From NCBI RefSeq assembly GCF_009914755.1, contig NC_060927.1: DNA of 64,000 nucleotides; one strand, given 5' to 3'. The translations under genes and the position numbers were made by a program. A model generated the notes under the pieces. That model was not told the DNA's origin. It saw only the letters and a program-made list of their open reading frames with translations, and ran no database searches. This document shows, in pieces, positions 26,251 to 39,600 of the stretch. The DNA comes from the human T2T-CHM13v2.0 reference genome, Homo sapiens. Numbering within the stretch: position 1 is the first letter of the stretch; the number at the start of each line of letters is the position of its first letter.

Positions 26251-26719
26251 GGGTAGGCTGGATAAAAAATAGATTTAGATTCAGACCTATAAATAGGCAT
26301 CCATGAAAAATGTAAAAACAACCCTGGCCAAAATTATCCTCAAGTTCTGACATTTAAAACAAACACTCCAGAAAACGTTTACACTTGTTACTGGACACCT
26401 GCCCAAACCTTCTACAGATCCATTTATGGTCTTGGTCTGGTGCTGGCTGTGCTCATGTGCCTATGGAATGGGCTATGAGGAGCCTTTCGGGTCAAAGCAA
26501 ACACTACACACAATGGAAAATGAGGACAAGTTGCTGTGCTCGGTTATCACAGCCATGCTGAAGTTTTGGTGGCCCCTCCTCAATCCCAGTAACCCAAATT
26601 CCATCACGAAAGGGAGAATACAAAGTGCTTATTTCACTTCCCATCTGGGGCATGTTGAAACAGTCCAAACATCTGAAAGGAGGTGTGTGTGTGCGTTTAC
26701 CCTATCACAGGTGGCCACA

Positions 26720-26830
26720 TGTGGAAGGATAGAAAGGTGATACAGTGGAAAGATCCACATTTAAATTCTGGATCCTCCATTTCCTAGCCCTGTGACTTTG
26801 GCTAACTTAGTTAACCTGTATAATTTATAT
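26720..26830 (+). mobile_element. MIR fragment
   Basis: ttcctagccctgtgactttggctaacttagttaacct. Confidence 0.5.
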
Positions 26831-27519
26831 GTGTGACTAACTTTTGGCAAGTTATAATACAATTCAGAACAAATCACAGTTTCTTTTAAATTTATAATCC
26901 TAGTTTGCCAAGGATTTTCCAAACAGGTCTTCTTTCTATGTGAAAAAAGCTATGCTGGTCATGTTTCTATGTGAAAGAGCTCTCAACAAAACATTGCATA
27001 ATTATCGAGAGCTCTTTGGCACCTAAAATTTACTTATAGAAGAACAGATACTAGGTAAACAAAAGCCCTCAAAGTTAACGTCACAGCGAGGCTTAGGCCC
27101 CAAAGGATGCTAAGAGATTCTTTAAAAGGCTGAATGAAATGTACACAAGAGAATATTCTCAAAATGGCAGGGAGGAAACTACAGGATATTTGTAGAATCT
27201 ATAGCAATGGCAATCAAAATATTCAGTATGCCATATAATTGAATCCATATCTGTAATTTACACATCTGCTTTGAAAATGGCTTCACATTTCACAAGCAAG
27301 ACGATGTAGAGTTTCTGTAATGTATAATACTTTGGTAATATGTTTTGTGCACCAAAATATTTTCCAGCATCAAAATTATAAATGGTTAAGACAAAAACAG
27401 CTGACCTCACATGCACGACTAAAATAAGTTTCTTTGATGTGGGATACCATACAGATAGGGCAATTATAACTGTTATGTCTTTCAGGTCAAAGCAAAGAAT
27501 ACACATAACTGGAGATGAA

Positions 27520-28135
27520 AAGAGTATGGCCATCCTCAAAAAATTAAAAATAGAATTACCATATGATTCAGCAACTCCACTTGTGGGTATATACCCAAAA
27601 GAATGGAAAGCAGGGTCTTGAAGAGATATTTGGATGCCCACATTCATAGTGGTGTTATTCACAATAGCCAAAAGGTAGAAGCAACCCAAGTGTTCATTTA
27701 GTGGATGAATGGATAAACAAAATGTGATATACAATGCCATATTATTTAGCCTTAAAAAGAAAGGAAATTCTGATACATGCTATGACATGGAAGAATGTTG
27801 AGGACCTTACACTAAGTGAAATTAGCCAGTCATAAAAAGACAAATCCTGTATGATACCACCTATGTGGTATCTAGAGTAGTCAAATTCAAGAGGCAGGAA
27901 GGAGAATGGTGGTTGCCATGGGCTGGGGGAAGGAAAAATAGGTAATTATCGTTTAACAGATACAGTTTTGGTTTGAGATGATAAAAAAGTTCAGGAGATG
28001 GATAATGGTAAAGGTTGTACAATAACATGAATGCACTTAATGCCACTGAATTGTACACTTAAAAATGGTTAAGGTGGTACATTTTATGTTATTTATATTT
28101 TACCACAATAATTTTTTTAAAACTTAAAAAAAAAG
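27520..28135 (+). mobile_element. L1MB 3' end (ORF2 tail plus 3' UTR)
   Basis: aattaaaaatagaattaccatatgattcagcaa...caacccaagtgttc...gaattgtacacttaaaaatggttaa and an A tail. Confidence 0.92.
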
Positions 28136-28149
28136 ACTGAGGTATACCT

Positions 28150-28507
28150 ACTTTCTCAGTTTGCTTGGGCTGCTATAACATAATACCATAGTCTGGGTGG
28201 CTTATAAACAACAGACATTTATTTTCATAGTTCCAGAGGCTGAGAACTCCAAGATCAAGGCACTGGAAGATTTAGTGTCTAGTGAGGGCCTGCTTCCCAG
28301 TTCATAGATGTTGCCTTCCGTCTTCACATGGTGGAAAGGACTATGCAATTCTCTGGGGCCTCCTTTATAATCACTAATCCCATTCATGAAGGCAGAGGTG
28401 TCATGGCCTAATCACCTCCCCCAATCCCCACGTCCTAACACCATCACCGTGAAGATGGGGTTTCAACCCATGAATGTTGTGGGAGCACAAATATCCAGCC
28501 CATAGCA
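28150..28507 (-). mobile_element. MLT1A/MLT1A0 MaLR solo LTR
   Basis: gggctgctataaca...ctgggtggcttataaacaacagacatttatt...ccaagatcaagg...cctaatcacctccc...ccatagca. Confidence 0.9.
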
Positions 28508-29288
28508 CCTATGTAGTGAGGTTCCCTGAGGAGACAAGTGACGTACTTAAGATGAAACAGGTCTAATTGCAAAGTGGGTGCAGAGGGCAGAATGTGCTTG
28601 GAAGAGGTGCAGTGAGTTCAGGAAACTTCCCTCCACAGCCACAGCCCTCATGAGACCACCTCGAAGGGAGAGACCCCAACCTCACTTATCTACTTCACTC
28701 TGATCTCCTCCCACTGGCCACACCCACCTGGAAGCCAGGGAGCACTGGCTGATGGAGTCCCTTGGGCAGAAAGTAGGGTGGGAAAGAGTGGCTGTGAAGA
28801 GCAAGGAGACTGAGCAAAATCTATACACGCCAGCGTAAAGAGGAGGCCAGAGCATACAGCTGAATGAAAAACAGCAAGCTGTGGAACAGGAGGTTCAGTA
28901 TGATGTGATTCATGGTAAGAGGAGGGGGAAATGCCAGCACGAAGGCTATTTTCTACCAGCAAACTCAGAATAGAGTCTAAAAGCGATATATACCAAACTG
29001 ACAAGAGTGTTAACTTCTGGGGCAAAGATGAGAGAAAGAAGGAACTTTAGACTAATCTGTACTGTTTCAAGTTCTTCCACAAGGAATGTGTTTATGGGCT
29101 TCATGGAGAGTTCAATATTAATTTTAAAAGAGTAAGTGGGATCATTAATTGTTTCTATAAAATGGAGATAACCCCAGCTTTTGCAAAATTGGGTTAGGCA
29201 GCCCATGTCCAGGCATGTCCTGGAAGCCCTAAGTGAGTAAAGAGTCGTAACAGAAAAAACATCAAGTTACGTCAAGCTATGGCTATGC

Positions 29289-29402
29289 CAGTGGTTCTCA
29301 AAGTGTGTTCCCCAGAACAGTAGCATCACATCACCCGGGAATGTGATAGGAGGGCAGATTTTTATACCTGACCCCAGAACTACTGACTCAGAAACCTTGG
29401 GA
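29289..29402. mobile_element. MER5A-like hAT MITE fragment
   Basis: cagtggttctcaaagtgtg...cagcatcacatcacc...ctactgactcagaaac. Confidence 0.75.
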
Positions 29403-29802
29403 TTATCTACCAGGGAGAGGGTCATATGTGATGTGGTGGGACAGGAGTCTAAGGCCAAGCACTGCTAGACCTTACTGGCCAGAGCTGCCATAGACAGCAG
29501 TACAGGCTGTACAATGCTCCTGCAGCTGTAGGAGGTGTTATTCACATAGACTATGATGAGAATGGCGTTCCTTGGGGGTGGCGCACTGCAAAACCTGCAT
29601 CCCATCCATACCTGTCAGCCCTTAAAGCAGGGGGGAACACAGAAGAGTTTTAAGCAGGCAGATGACATCATCAGGTTTGCATATGGAAAGACACCCCTGG
29701 CACTCTGCTTAGAGAAGAAAGAGGTAACAGAGAGCTATATCAAACTGCTTTGTCTCCTATATATCTTTGGGGCTGCTAATTAGCTATATCAAGAGTAAAC
29801 TA

Positions 29803-30113
<311 letters not shown>

Positions 30114-31257
30114 CTAAAGTAAAAGACTCTTTGAATAGAATCCAAGTTGTCTTTACAGCCCAACCCTGAATCAAGGCCTCCAGATACTTGGGTCTCAATT
30201 AGCAGAGGGGCGGGAAAAGGAAAAAGGAGGACAATGAAAGACTCCCAGGTCCTACATTACATGCGTGTCTGTACACACACAAGCACACACACACAGAAAA
30301 AAATGAAAGCAGGGGTAGGGGGAGCAGGGGCAAGCAGGTGTTGATAAGGAAGAGGTGAGCCCCTTGGGGAGGTAGTTTGAGGAAGAAACCTGAAGCTAGG
30401 GGGCAGGTCTCACTGGCAATACTGATTCAAAAGCCATCAGCACCCAGATGGTAATACAACTACAAGCAAGGATAACATCACTCAAGGTGCGTGTAAACAC
30501 TGGAAAATCAGTGGGCTGAGGCCAGAGCCCCGGAGAACCTCTACATTTAAGAACAGGAGCTAGTGAAGGAATGTGTTGCACATGGCTTGGAAGCTAGGCA
30601 GCTGGAAAAGGCCAGCAGGAATACAACCAAAGACTCTTGGCATGGCAGAGCCCAGGATTTAATTCAAGTGAGACGTGTCAGCAAGAGAAAAAGGAGGAGA
30701 CAGGCACGGGGAAGTGCTGCCAATGTATGTTTTCCCTCAGGAGCACTGGGTTGCCGGTGGACTCGTTAAACGGGTTGTTGTGCGTGCCACTCCGTCAGCA
30801 CCCCTCCTCTGCTCAGCCTGCAGAAAGACTTCACGCTCTGGACATCTTTACTGGGGCCAGTGCACAGCCCTCCAATTCCCCATTAACTCTCATTCTGAGG
30901 AGCTGAGATCAGCTGAGGAAAGCTTTGCCAAGCTTCAGAGGATCAAAATGTGCATTTGGGAGGGGTAGGCGGGCAGATGGCGCCAGATTAAAAAGATGCT
31001 GGGCTCGCTCGCTGCTCTGAGGTCTCTGAATTGCCTCCAGCACAGCAGTGTGCAATCAGGAACTCCATCACACGACCTAAAAACTTGTTGAGTCTCTCCA
31101 AAAAGACTTAGCCTGCTACAAGATACTGAGGGGGATTGAGATGCACTTCCAGAGGGCCTGAGATTCTAGAAGCCCAGCATCCACCAGATGCCTGCTGAAG
31201 TCGATGGCTGCTGCACACTCTGCTGTAAGTCTAAAGCATTTTGCATACTGCGTTGTA

Positions 31258-31281
31258 ATTATTATTATTATTATTATTATT
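31258..31281. repeat. (ATT)n microsatellite
   Basis: About 8 units. Confidence 0.9.
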
Positions 31282-31514
31282 TTACCTCTTCCACCCTGCA
31301 ACGCCTCTCCAAGTAGACTACAAAACCTCCAGAAAAACATTTGTTTTGTCTCTGTATCTTTCCTGCCCAAATTGGGGCTGTCATGCAGTAGCAGGCCCTC
31401 AGAAATGTTTGTTAAATACCTGTTGTCATGGGGAAGGACGAGTTGTAGAAGCAGTGGTTGCATGCACCTCTCCCTCTCTGTTTTGTCAAAGTTCTAAGAC
31501 TTCAGTGTAGTGAG

Positions 31515-31818
31515 CAGGGTTGACAAACTACAGCCTGTGAGCCAAATCTGGCCCATGGGCTGTTTCTGTAAGGCTTATAAGCTTTTCAGTGGTTGAAATA
31601 ATAATATTTTATGACATGTGAAAATTATATGAAATTCAAATTTCACTGTCCATAAATCAAGTTTTATTGAAACACAGCCACACCCATTCACTTTCATCTT
31701 GTCGACGGCCGCTTTCATGCCACGTCAGTAGTGCTGAGTAGTTCCGACAGAGACAGCATAACCCACAAAGTCTAAAATATTGACTCTCTGGCCCTTTAAA
31801 GAAGTATGCTGGCCCCTG
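31515..31818. mobile_element. MER58B-like hAT-Charlie MITE
   Basis: TIRs cagggttgacaaact ... tgctggcccctg; internal aagttttattgaaacacagccacacccatt. Confidence 0.85.
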
Positions 31819-32265
31819 ATCGACAGTAACACTAAATGTGGAGATACACATGAGATAGACATCCAGATATGATCTTCCTCACAAGTGGAATTCTTTTTAA
31901 TTTAACTTTTAGACTTTCCAGTTACTGACATAAAAATGAAAGACATTTTAACTTACCTTGGGGCCATAAGCATCAAAACATGCTAGTGCTATAAAGTGAG
32001 CAGGCTGTGTGCTCCTCAGAAGGGTCTGCATTTATCGCCATGCTATGACAATGTCTAACAAGTTACTTACATTCTAGGCCTTAGTCTCCTTGGCAGTAAA
32101 AGGGGCACAATGGTAAGACCTCAGAAATTTGATGTGAGAATCAAATACAGTGAGTTTTTACCTCTGAACCTGGTATCTGACCTCTTGGAAGCACCTGATA
32201 AATGGAACTGCAATAATTTTCCTCTTTGTTTTTGGAGGAATATTTCACTTTACAGAAGATTTGCT

Positions 32266-32374
32266 CTTGGCCTCCCAAAGTGCTGGGATTATAGGCATAA
32301 GCCACCATGCCTGGCCAAAACGAAGAGATATTTGAAAGAGAGAAACAATTCTCATTATTTAGAGATGACATAAT
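32266..32374. repeat. 109-bp dispersed copy of 32857-32965 (Alu head plus unique flank)
   Basis: Ungapped alignment with 6 mismatches. Confidence 0.95.
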
Positions 32375-32586
32375 TTGTTCTTCAATAGTTGTACCTAATA
32401 TGAATTACTTGTATCAGTCTGCAGTTTTTATATTTTATGACAAAATTGGAATTACTACTCTAGGACATAATTGCTAACTATGAATTCACTCAAACCTCAA
32501 TGATGTGTGTCTAAATGAAAAGTTATGATAGCACAGGATGTTCTAGCCAATGAAATATGACAAGAAAAACACAATAAAAGGAAGAG

Positions 32587-32907
32587 TTTTTTTTGTTTGT
32601 TTGTTTGTTTGTTTGTTTTTTGAGAAGAAGTCTCGCTCTGTCGCCCAGGCTGGAGTGCAGTGGCACAGTCTTGGCTCACTGCAACCTCCACCTCCCTGGT
32701 TGAAGTGATCCTCCTGCCTCGGCCTCCTGAGTAGCTGCTCAGGACTACAGGCATGCATCACCATGCCCAGCTAATTTTTGTACTTTTGGTAGAGACGGGA
32801 TTTCACTATGTTGGCCAGACTGGTCTAAAATTCCTGACCTCAGGTGATCCACTCACCTTGGGCTCCCAAAGTGCTGGGATTATAGGCATAAGCCACCATA
32901 CGGGGCC
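32587..32907 (-). mobile_element. AluS SINE with (TTTG)n tail
   Basis: Full antisense dimer; TSD aaaaggaagag at 32576-32586 and 32908-32918. Confidence 0.96.
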
Positions 32908-34444
32908 AAAAGGAAGAGATATTTGAAAGAGAGAAACAATTCTCATTATTTAGAGATTACATAATGGACTACCCTAAGAAACTTTAGAACAAATTATAAT
33001 ACCATTTATTTAAATAGTCACAAATTGCAATAGCTATATATATATATGTACACATTAATATATGTACATACATACAAATACACACATTTATGCATATAAA
33101 ATATCAAACAACAAAAGCACTGTATAGGGATTCTTTGCAGGAAGAAAAAAACCCAAAGTTTTACTGAGGGTCATAAGGAATACTATGAAAGAATATTTAC
33201 TACAGCACTTCAAATAAGTGAAAAATATGATCACAAAAACAGAACAGTTGGTTAAAGGTCCGAAGAAAAATATGGTGGCACAACTACAGGGATGGAATGG
33301 CTTCATAAGACAAGCATCAACCTCAGTGTTACACAGCAGGAGAGCACACAGCCCTCCCATTGCTCAGATGTCCTTGGCCACTGCTTTCTGGAAGCTGCAC
33401 TCATTTAGGAATGAACAGATGCAACTGGCAGAAAGGAGGCAGAAGGCTTTTCAAAAAGCAGCAGGAAATGAACAAGTAGAGAACGCATTCACTGAGACCC
33501 TGGCAAAGGATCCAAAGCATTCTGTAAAAGGAGTTCAGAGCCTGGGAGTCAATTTATTGGATTTGCAAAAATCAGTAATGGATAGTTTCAGTGAAATGAA
33601 ATATTTCTTACAAGTAGATATCACAGGGCATGCTTACACTTCCCCGGGACCTCTCCTTTCACAAGGCACTATATTCAGGGTATTTGGGAAACATTTGGAC
33701 TAACAGGCTGACTTTTACTATTTAATATAGAATCCTGCAAAAAAGAAGGCATGGCAAGATACCATCATCCTTTTTAATAGTCAAGGTTGTAAACATATCA
33801 AAGAATTTTGGAGACCAGAAGACAATCTAGCTGCAAACTTAAAGTTGAGGCTTAATTTATGTAAAGCAAGAAAATACAAAACTCCTTTCTCTTAAAGATA
33901 GTCAAAGTAAGTCTTTAAAAAAGCTTAAAAACCACAGTGATGCATATTACCACCAGCTATCAAGGCAATCACAGGGAGATTTCAAGTTCCCTCTGAGTAA
34001 CAAATTAGCCTCTCTGAACAGATCAAGTTCGGAAAAAACAGTGAACTCTGAAAGCACAGGCTTTGACTGCTGTGGGCCACTTATCACAGGCTGCCTGTAC
34101 TGCAAGTGGCACGGTCAGGTGTGCCCTTGGAGATCAGAAAGCCTTTTTATTAAAAATGAAAGAGAATTTGGTTTTCTCTTGCTGCTTTGATGTGAGATCA
34201 ACAATTTCTAATAAAAGAGATTTTTTTTTTCCTAGACGGGGCTACAGACCAGAAATCTATGTTTAAAAGGCTGTGTTTTCATTGGCAAGCTCCAGTTTAA
34301 TTAATTTCGATTTATAAAGGAGTAGCAAAGGTTAGTGACATTGTTACCCAGGCATGCAAATTAAAAGTGAACATAATCCTAGTTTAAATTTTAGGAAAAT
34401 ATTCAGTGTGTCTCAGGAGGTGAAACATACCACAGAAGGGCAGG

Positions 34445-34640
34445 AGATCTATGATTTTCATATATATACGATCTTTCATCTTTCATATACATATGAAAAT
34501 CACAGATCCGATTCATATATATGAAAATCATAGATCTGATTCATATATATGAAAATCACAGATATAAGAAATTATAAATTTATAATAAAATATATATGTA
34601 TTTATATAAATAAAATTATATATATTATCTATATAATTTC
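34445..34640. repeat. Palindromic ~28-bp tandem repeat (3 units plus 1 inverted unit), then AT low-complexity sequence
   Basis: Unit attcatatatatgaaaatcaYagatcYg. Confidence 0.9.
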
Positions 34641-35319
34641 TTTTTTAAATATTGCCTTCTATGCCAGAGTCAAAAGGTCTGGGTAGGTACTAGCAGAAAG
34701 GTTTTTCTTGAAATCTTTTCTGGTGGTTTCCATGATGTGGCCCTGTTAAAAGCAGAGCAAATAAATTAACATTCATTAATTTTATGCATAGCATGTTTCA
34801 GCATTTATAATAACTGCTTTTTTGAGGGCTTCCTTGCTCATAGTTATAATTTTGTTAAGTCATGTATCTATGTATACGTGTGTGTATATATATGCAGAGG
34901 AATGCCATGTTTTATGAACACATGTCAGTTTCTAAGGAATCAAGCCCCATAAAAGACCACTGAGGAAATATCTGGAGGCAGAACTTCAAAACTTCTCCTT
35001 CCTTCTGTTTTCCCACATTTGGGAGAAGGGAGAGGATTTGTGAAATGTGGCCACTTATAGGCATTCAAGCAAAGGCTGAATCCCTTTCATGTTCATAAAT
35101 TTGAACATATGTAACAAAATAGAGAAGGCACTAAATCCGGAGAGAGAGCTGCAGAGTTCTTCTTCCAACTGATTGGGAATACGTTTTAAGCTCAAAGTAT
35201 TCTTTACCAATAACCACATGCACTCATGATGAGCAGCTACTTTAGTTGAGCCCCTGGTATCCAGATTTTTCCCATGTCTAGGCTCACACATGGTGGTCCC
35301 CCTGCCAAGGCGAGGCATG

Positions 35320-35540
35320 CTGCTCCCTACTTGTTGCCTCCTGCATTTTCTGGGTCTCACCCCCTCAGCGAGGGCTTCCTGCATTCGCCAGTCTCACGTG
35401 GTTTTCCTTGCTTGTTTCTCTCATCTCACTCTGTCCCTTTCCTTCATGGCACTTAGCTGTGCATTGTCTTTATGTTTGCTTCGCTTCTGTCCTTTCCCCA
35501 CTGGACTGTGAGCTTCCTGAGGGCAGGGACCCTCTGTGTC
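35320..35540 (+). mobile_element. L2 3' fragment
   Basis: ccccactggactgtgagcttcctgagggcagggacc. Confidence 0.7.
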
Positions 35541-35559
35541 AGTAGATGGAGCCACACAT

Positions 35560-35822
35560 TAGGATGTCATGGTGAAAACACAGGCTTTAGAGGTAGATTG
35601 TCGGCTCCCAATCTCAGCTCTGCTGTGCACGGACTACGTGATCTCGGCAAGTTACTGAACCTCTCTGGGCGGTAGTTTCTTCATCTTAAGTAGATGTAGG
35701 GTTAATATTACCTACCTCATGTTTTTTCTGTGCTTGAAATCAAAAGTGATGATGCAAGGAAAGCACTTAATACGCTCTCTGGTACATAATAAGCCCTTTG
35801 TAAAATGAGCACTATTATTATT
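35560..35822 (+). mobile_element. MIR SINE
   Basis: gtgatctcggcaagttactgaacctctctg...cctacctcat...aaagcactta...tggtacataataagc. Confidence 0.8.
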
Positions 35823-36226
35823 CACCACTGTATATCTAATGCCATCCACAGCCTCAATACTAAAAGATGCTGAATAAGGAGTCATCAAATCAATTTACTT
35901 GTATATTCATAATTCAATCAGAGTATTCTCATACCAACCCATCAAGTATCCCCATACCCATTCCACAGATAAGGAACTAGAGAGCTGGAGACTTCTGTTT
36001 TCTAAGCCCCAGCCTTGCCAGCACCTCACCAGCATAAACTCAGAACATTATCTCCATTACATCTCTCCTGTCAGGTTTTCACATCAACTTTGCATCCAGG
36101 AGCAGTCAGAAACAAAGTACAATATATCTATGAAGAACAAATCTGTAGCCATGAAACAAAAGCTTATTCAATTATGAACTGAGGACATACAGACAGAGCA
36201 ATGTGGAGAATGTGCATATTCTCTAG

Positions 36227-36719
<493 letters not shown>

Positions 36720-36730
36720 GAGTCTTAGTT

Positions 36731-36866
36731 TTTACCTTCTGTGAAATGGGGACAATATAACCTTCCTGATGCACAGTGGTAAGGATGAAAGGAGACAATA
36801 TATGGAGAAGGCCTCATGCAGGGACTGGCATCAAGTAGGTGCTCAGTAAAAGGCAGCTTCCATTAC
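36731..36866 (+). mobile_element. MIR 3' half (interrupted by the composite Alu)
   Basis: ctgtgaaatggggacaata...gtaggtgctcagtaaa. Confidence 0.75.
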
Positions 36867-38466
36867 TCACTTCCTATCCTCCGCATAGGATATGAACCAG
36901 TAAATGGTTTTTAAGGCCACAAGTTATACTTCATCCTAGATCTTATCAATTCAATATTGAAAATCCATTAGAAACGGATATCTTGCATTCATAGTAAAGG
37001 GCAGCTAGAATGCTGAGGTCCTCGAATGTGCAGTAGATATTAGGTTAGGCGATTCTTTCTAAAAGTTTCTAATTTCTCTTATGATAAAATATGAAGAATC
37101 AAAAATTCCATCTGTACTAGAATCTGACTGTCAGCCTCGCTATTTCCAATTCCTAAATCTAGGACATGAAAAAAAAAATCATACATTCTGAGCTGTTCTC
37201 AGAATTCTCAGGTCTATGAATAAAGTTGTTTCAGGGAAAGTGGCTGTCTTTCTTTGAGCTATTTAAAGTGGTCTAACTAATTACGAAAAGAATTTGCCCA
37301 CTCCTAATAGTAGAAAGACTCATTTTCCAGAACTCTGGTTAATGTGGGCTCGGCATTGTTGAAAGAAGGACAAGAGGAATCCTAAATAATCACTTTTCAT
37401 GTCATGTCCCAGACCACCCAGAAAGACCACTTGACCTAAAAACCAAAGGATGGAAATAAACCCCTATTTACTCGCATGAGGCAAAACACGAACTACAGAG
37501 AACTCTTATCCCACGATGAGCAGATGTTCATTGGCTCAACTCATGAGGTCTCTCTGTGCTGGCATAGCCAAAAGCCCACCGGCTTATGTCCACACACAAT
37601 AAACCTGGACAAATCGCTCTTGCTGACACTCAGAAGTATGGAGGTCAAGGTCAAAAAGCAGTGGGCTCAGAGGTCAAGGGCTGCTCCCCCAGACTAAAGA
37701 GATTGAGGGCTGGATGGCTCCTTATTACTGACGTGGTTGCCTTGGATCTCTCCTCCTTAGACCTGCCTGGGATGCAGGTATTTTGAGCAGCTGGCTTTAA
37801 AAACCTTCCAACGCCCAGTCCTGCTTTAACTGGTGTGCCAGGAAGGCTGACTATCTGTTATAACCTTACCGAAGGCCAGGGGAAGCTTCCTAAGGAGTCT
37901 CGAGGCTACCAGTGTAGAGAAAAACATTTCAATGGGAAGAATGGCCAATGGAGGCAAGCAATCATCAATAAAGATTAGACAAATCACGCAATATACAGGG
38001 GAGCACTGTTAAAGTTAGAGTAATGTTACCAAAAGAAAACACGGCCCAGTTTTAGCCCAAGAGAGAGTCTTGGGGATAAACTGTCAAGAATAAACAACTG
38101 ACTCAGAAAGAGAATGATCTTTTATATGCGATTACGAAGTAATAAGGATGATCTCAAATTCTGCTAATTTAAACACTAAATGCTATTCTTCACTCTATTT
38201 CCAGCTGGATTTCAATTATATTCACAGCCATGTTGTGAATATAATAGAGCCATGTTGTGAAGATCAAAAAAAGTAACAAAACGAACCATTTTTAAAGGAT
38301 GGTGAAACAGCATGAACTAGATTGCGGGACTGGATATTGGTAAAGAATTTCTTGTTGTACACAATCTGGCATTGAGGTCTGTGCATCAATGCTTTTTGGA
38401 GTGGAGGAAGAAGGGGAATGGCAAGGTAAAGTGGACACATTTAGTCCTAAGAATCTTTTGTGGGAA

Positions 38467-38467
<1 letters not shown>

Positions 38468-38497
<30 letters not shown>

Positions 38498-38506
38498 TGC
38501 ACACAC
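38468..38506. repeat. (CA)n microsatellite, interrupted
   Basis: Seen directly. Confidence 0.92.
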
Positions 38507-39364
38507 AGAGCAAACCTTCTAAACAAAAAAATCACTAACCCAAAGGTTAGTGGGGATAAAACTTGCTGATCACCCTGTTTTCCAAAATCACTCTGACAAG
38601 GTTAAAGTATACTTACAGATATTTCAGGGGTTTTTGTTTTGTGTCTCTGTGGCTAGGGCTGTGGAGCAAGGATTTGGAACCGGGGTCCATGTGGGCAAAT
38701 AAAAAGTAAGCACCTCTGCTGGAAAAAATCTTACGGTCTGTCTTTCTACATAAAGGTTTTGTTGATTATCTTCTAAACACGGACTAAGAAATCTCAAGAG
38801 CTTGGTGGTCTAGCTTCTTGTTTAGTAGCTGTGGGGAAAGAGACCGTGCAAGTGTTTGGTGCCGGCACCCTTGCCACTGGCCATGTGCTTGTCCCAAGGC
38901 ATTAAGACAAAACTGTACCAAGCCAGGGCAAACAAACACCTGCCTCTATCCAGGGCTGCAAACAGGTGACCTGAGGTTTCTCTGCTACATGTTCTTCACT
39001 GCCCACAGTCCCCACCCCTCCCCCTATGGCTCTGTACCCCTGCTACAGTGAGAACGTTTGCACTGCCACCTTTGGGACTCCTTCTGCCTCACTGCACTCT
39101 AGTATGGCTCAGATCATCCATTTCTAATTCAAGCCAGCAAGTACTGGCTTTCTATTATCCGCAAAGCACTTTGTTAAGCAAAAGGGCTGTGGGAGGGTGG
39201 GGCAAAGAAATCACAGAAACAGTAAAATAAAGCTGGTTATCAAGGTGATGCCAAGGGGCTGGATAGAAAGATAAGAAATCTGTTTCAAAGTGCCTGTGTC
39301 CAACTACATCATCTTGATTGACTTACTCATTAATTCCCTCAAACAAACCAAAAACAAACATCAG

Positions 39365-39600
39365 CCAGGCTGGGTTGAGTCTAGGTTCTGCCACTTCATT
39401 AAATGCTCTATATTAGGCAAGTCATTTAATCTCACTATGCCTCAGGTTCATCATCTATAAATAGGAGAGAGTAACAGTCCCTTCCTTATAGGATGGTTGT
39501 AAAAATTATATGCATTAATGCACAGCAAGCCCTCAGAACAGTACCGGGCAAGTGTAAGCATTCCATAAATGTTAGCTGTCACCATCATCATCATCATTAT
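39365..39600 (+). mobile_element. MIR SINE
   Basis: ggcaagtcatttaatctcactatgcctcag...catctataaa...cataaatgttagct. Confidence 0.8.

Noticed and set aside
27258-27740. 160-aa minus-strand ORF
   Set aside because: The N-terminal half is antisense L1MB; no recognisable protein
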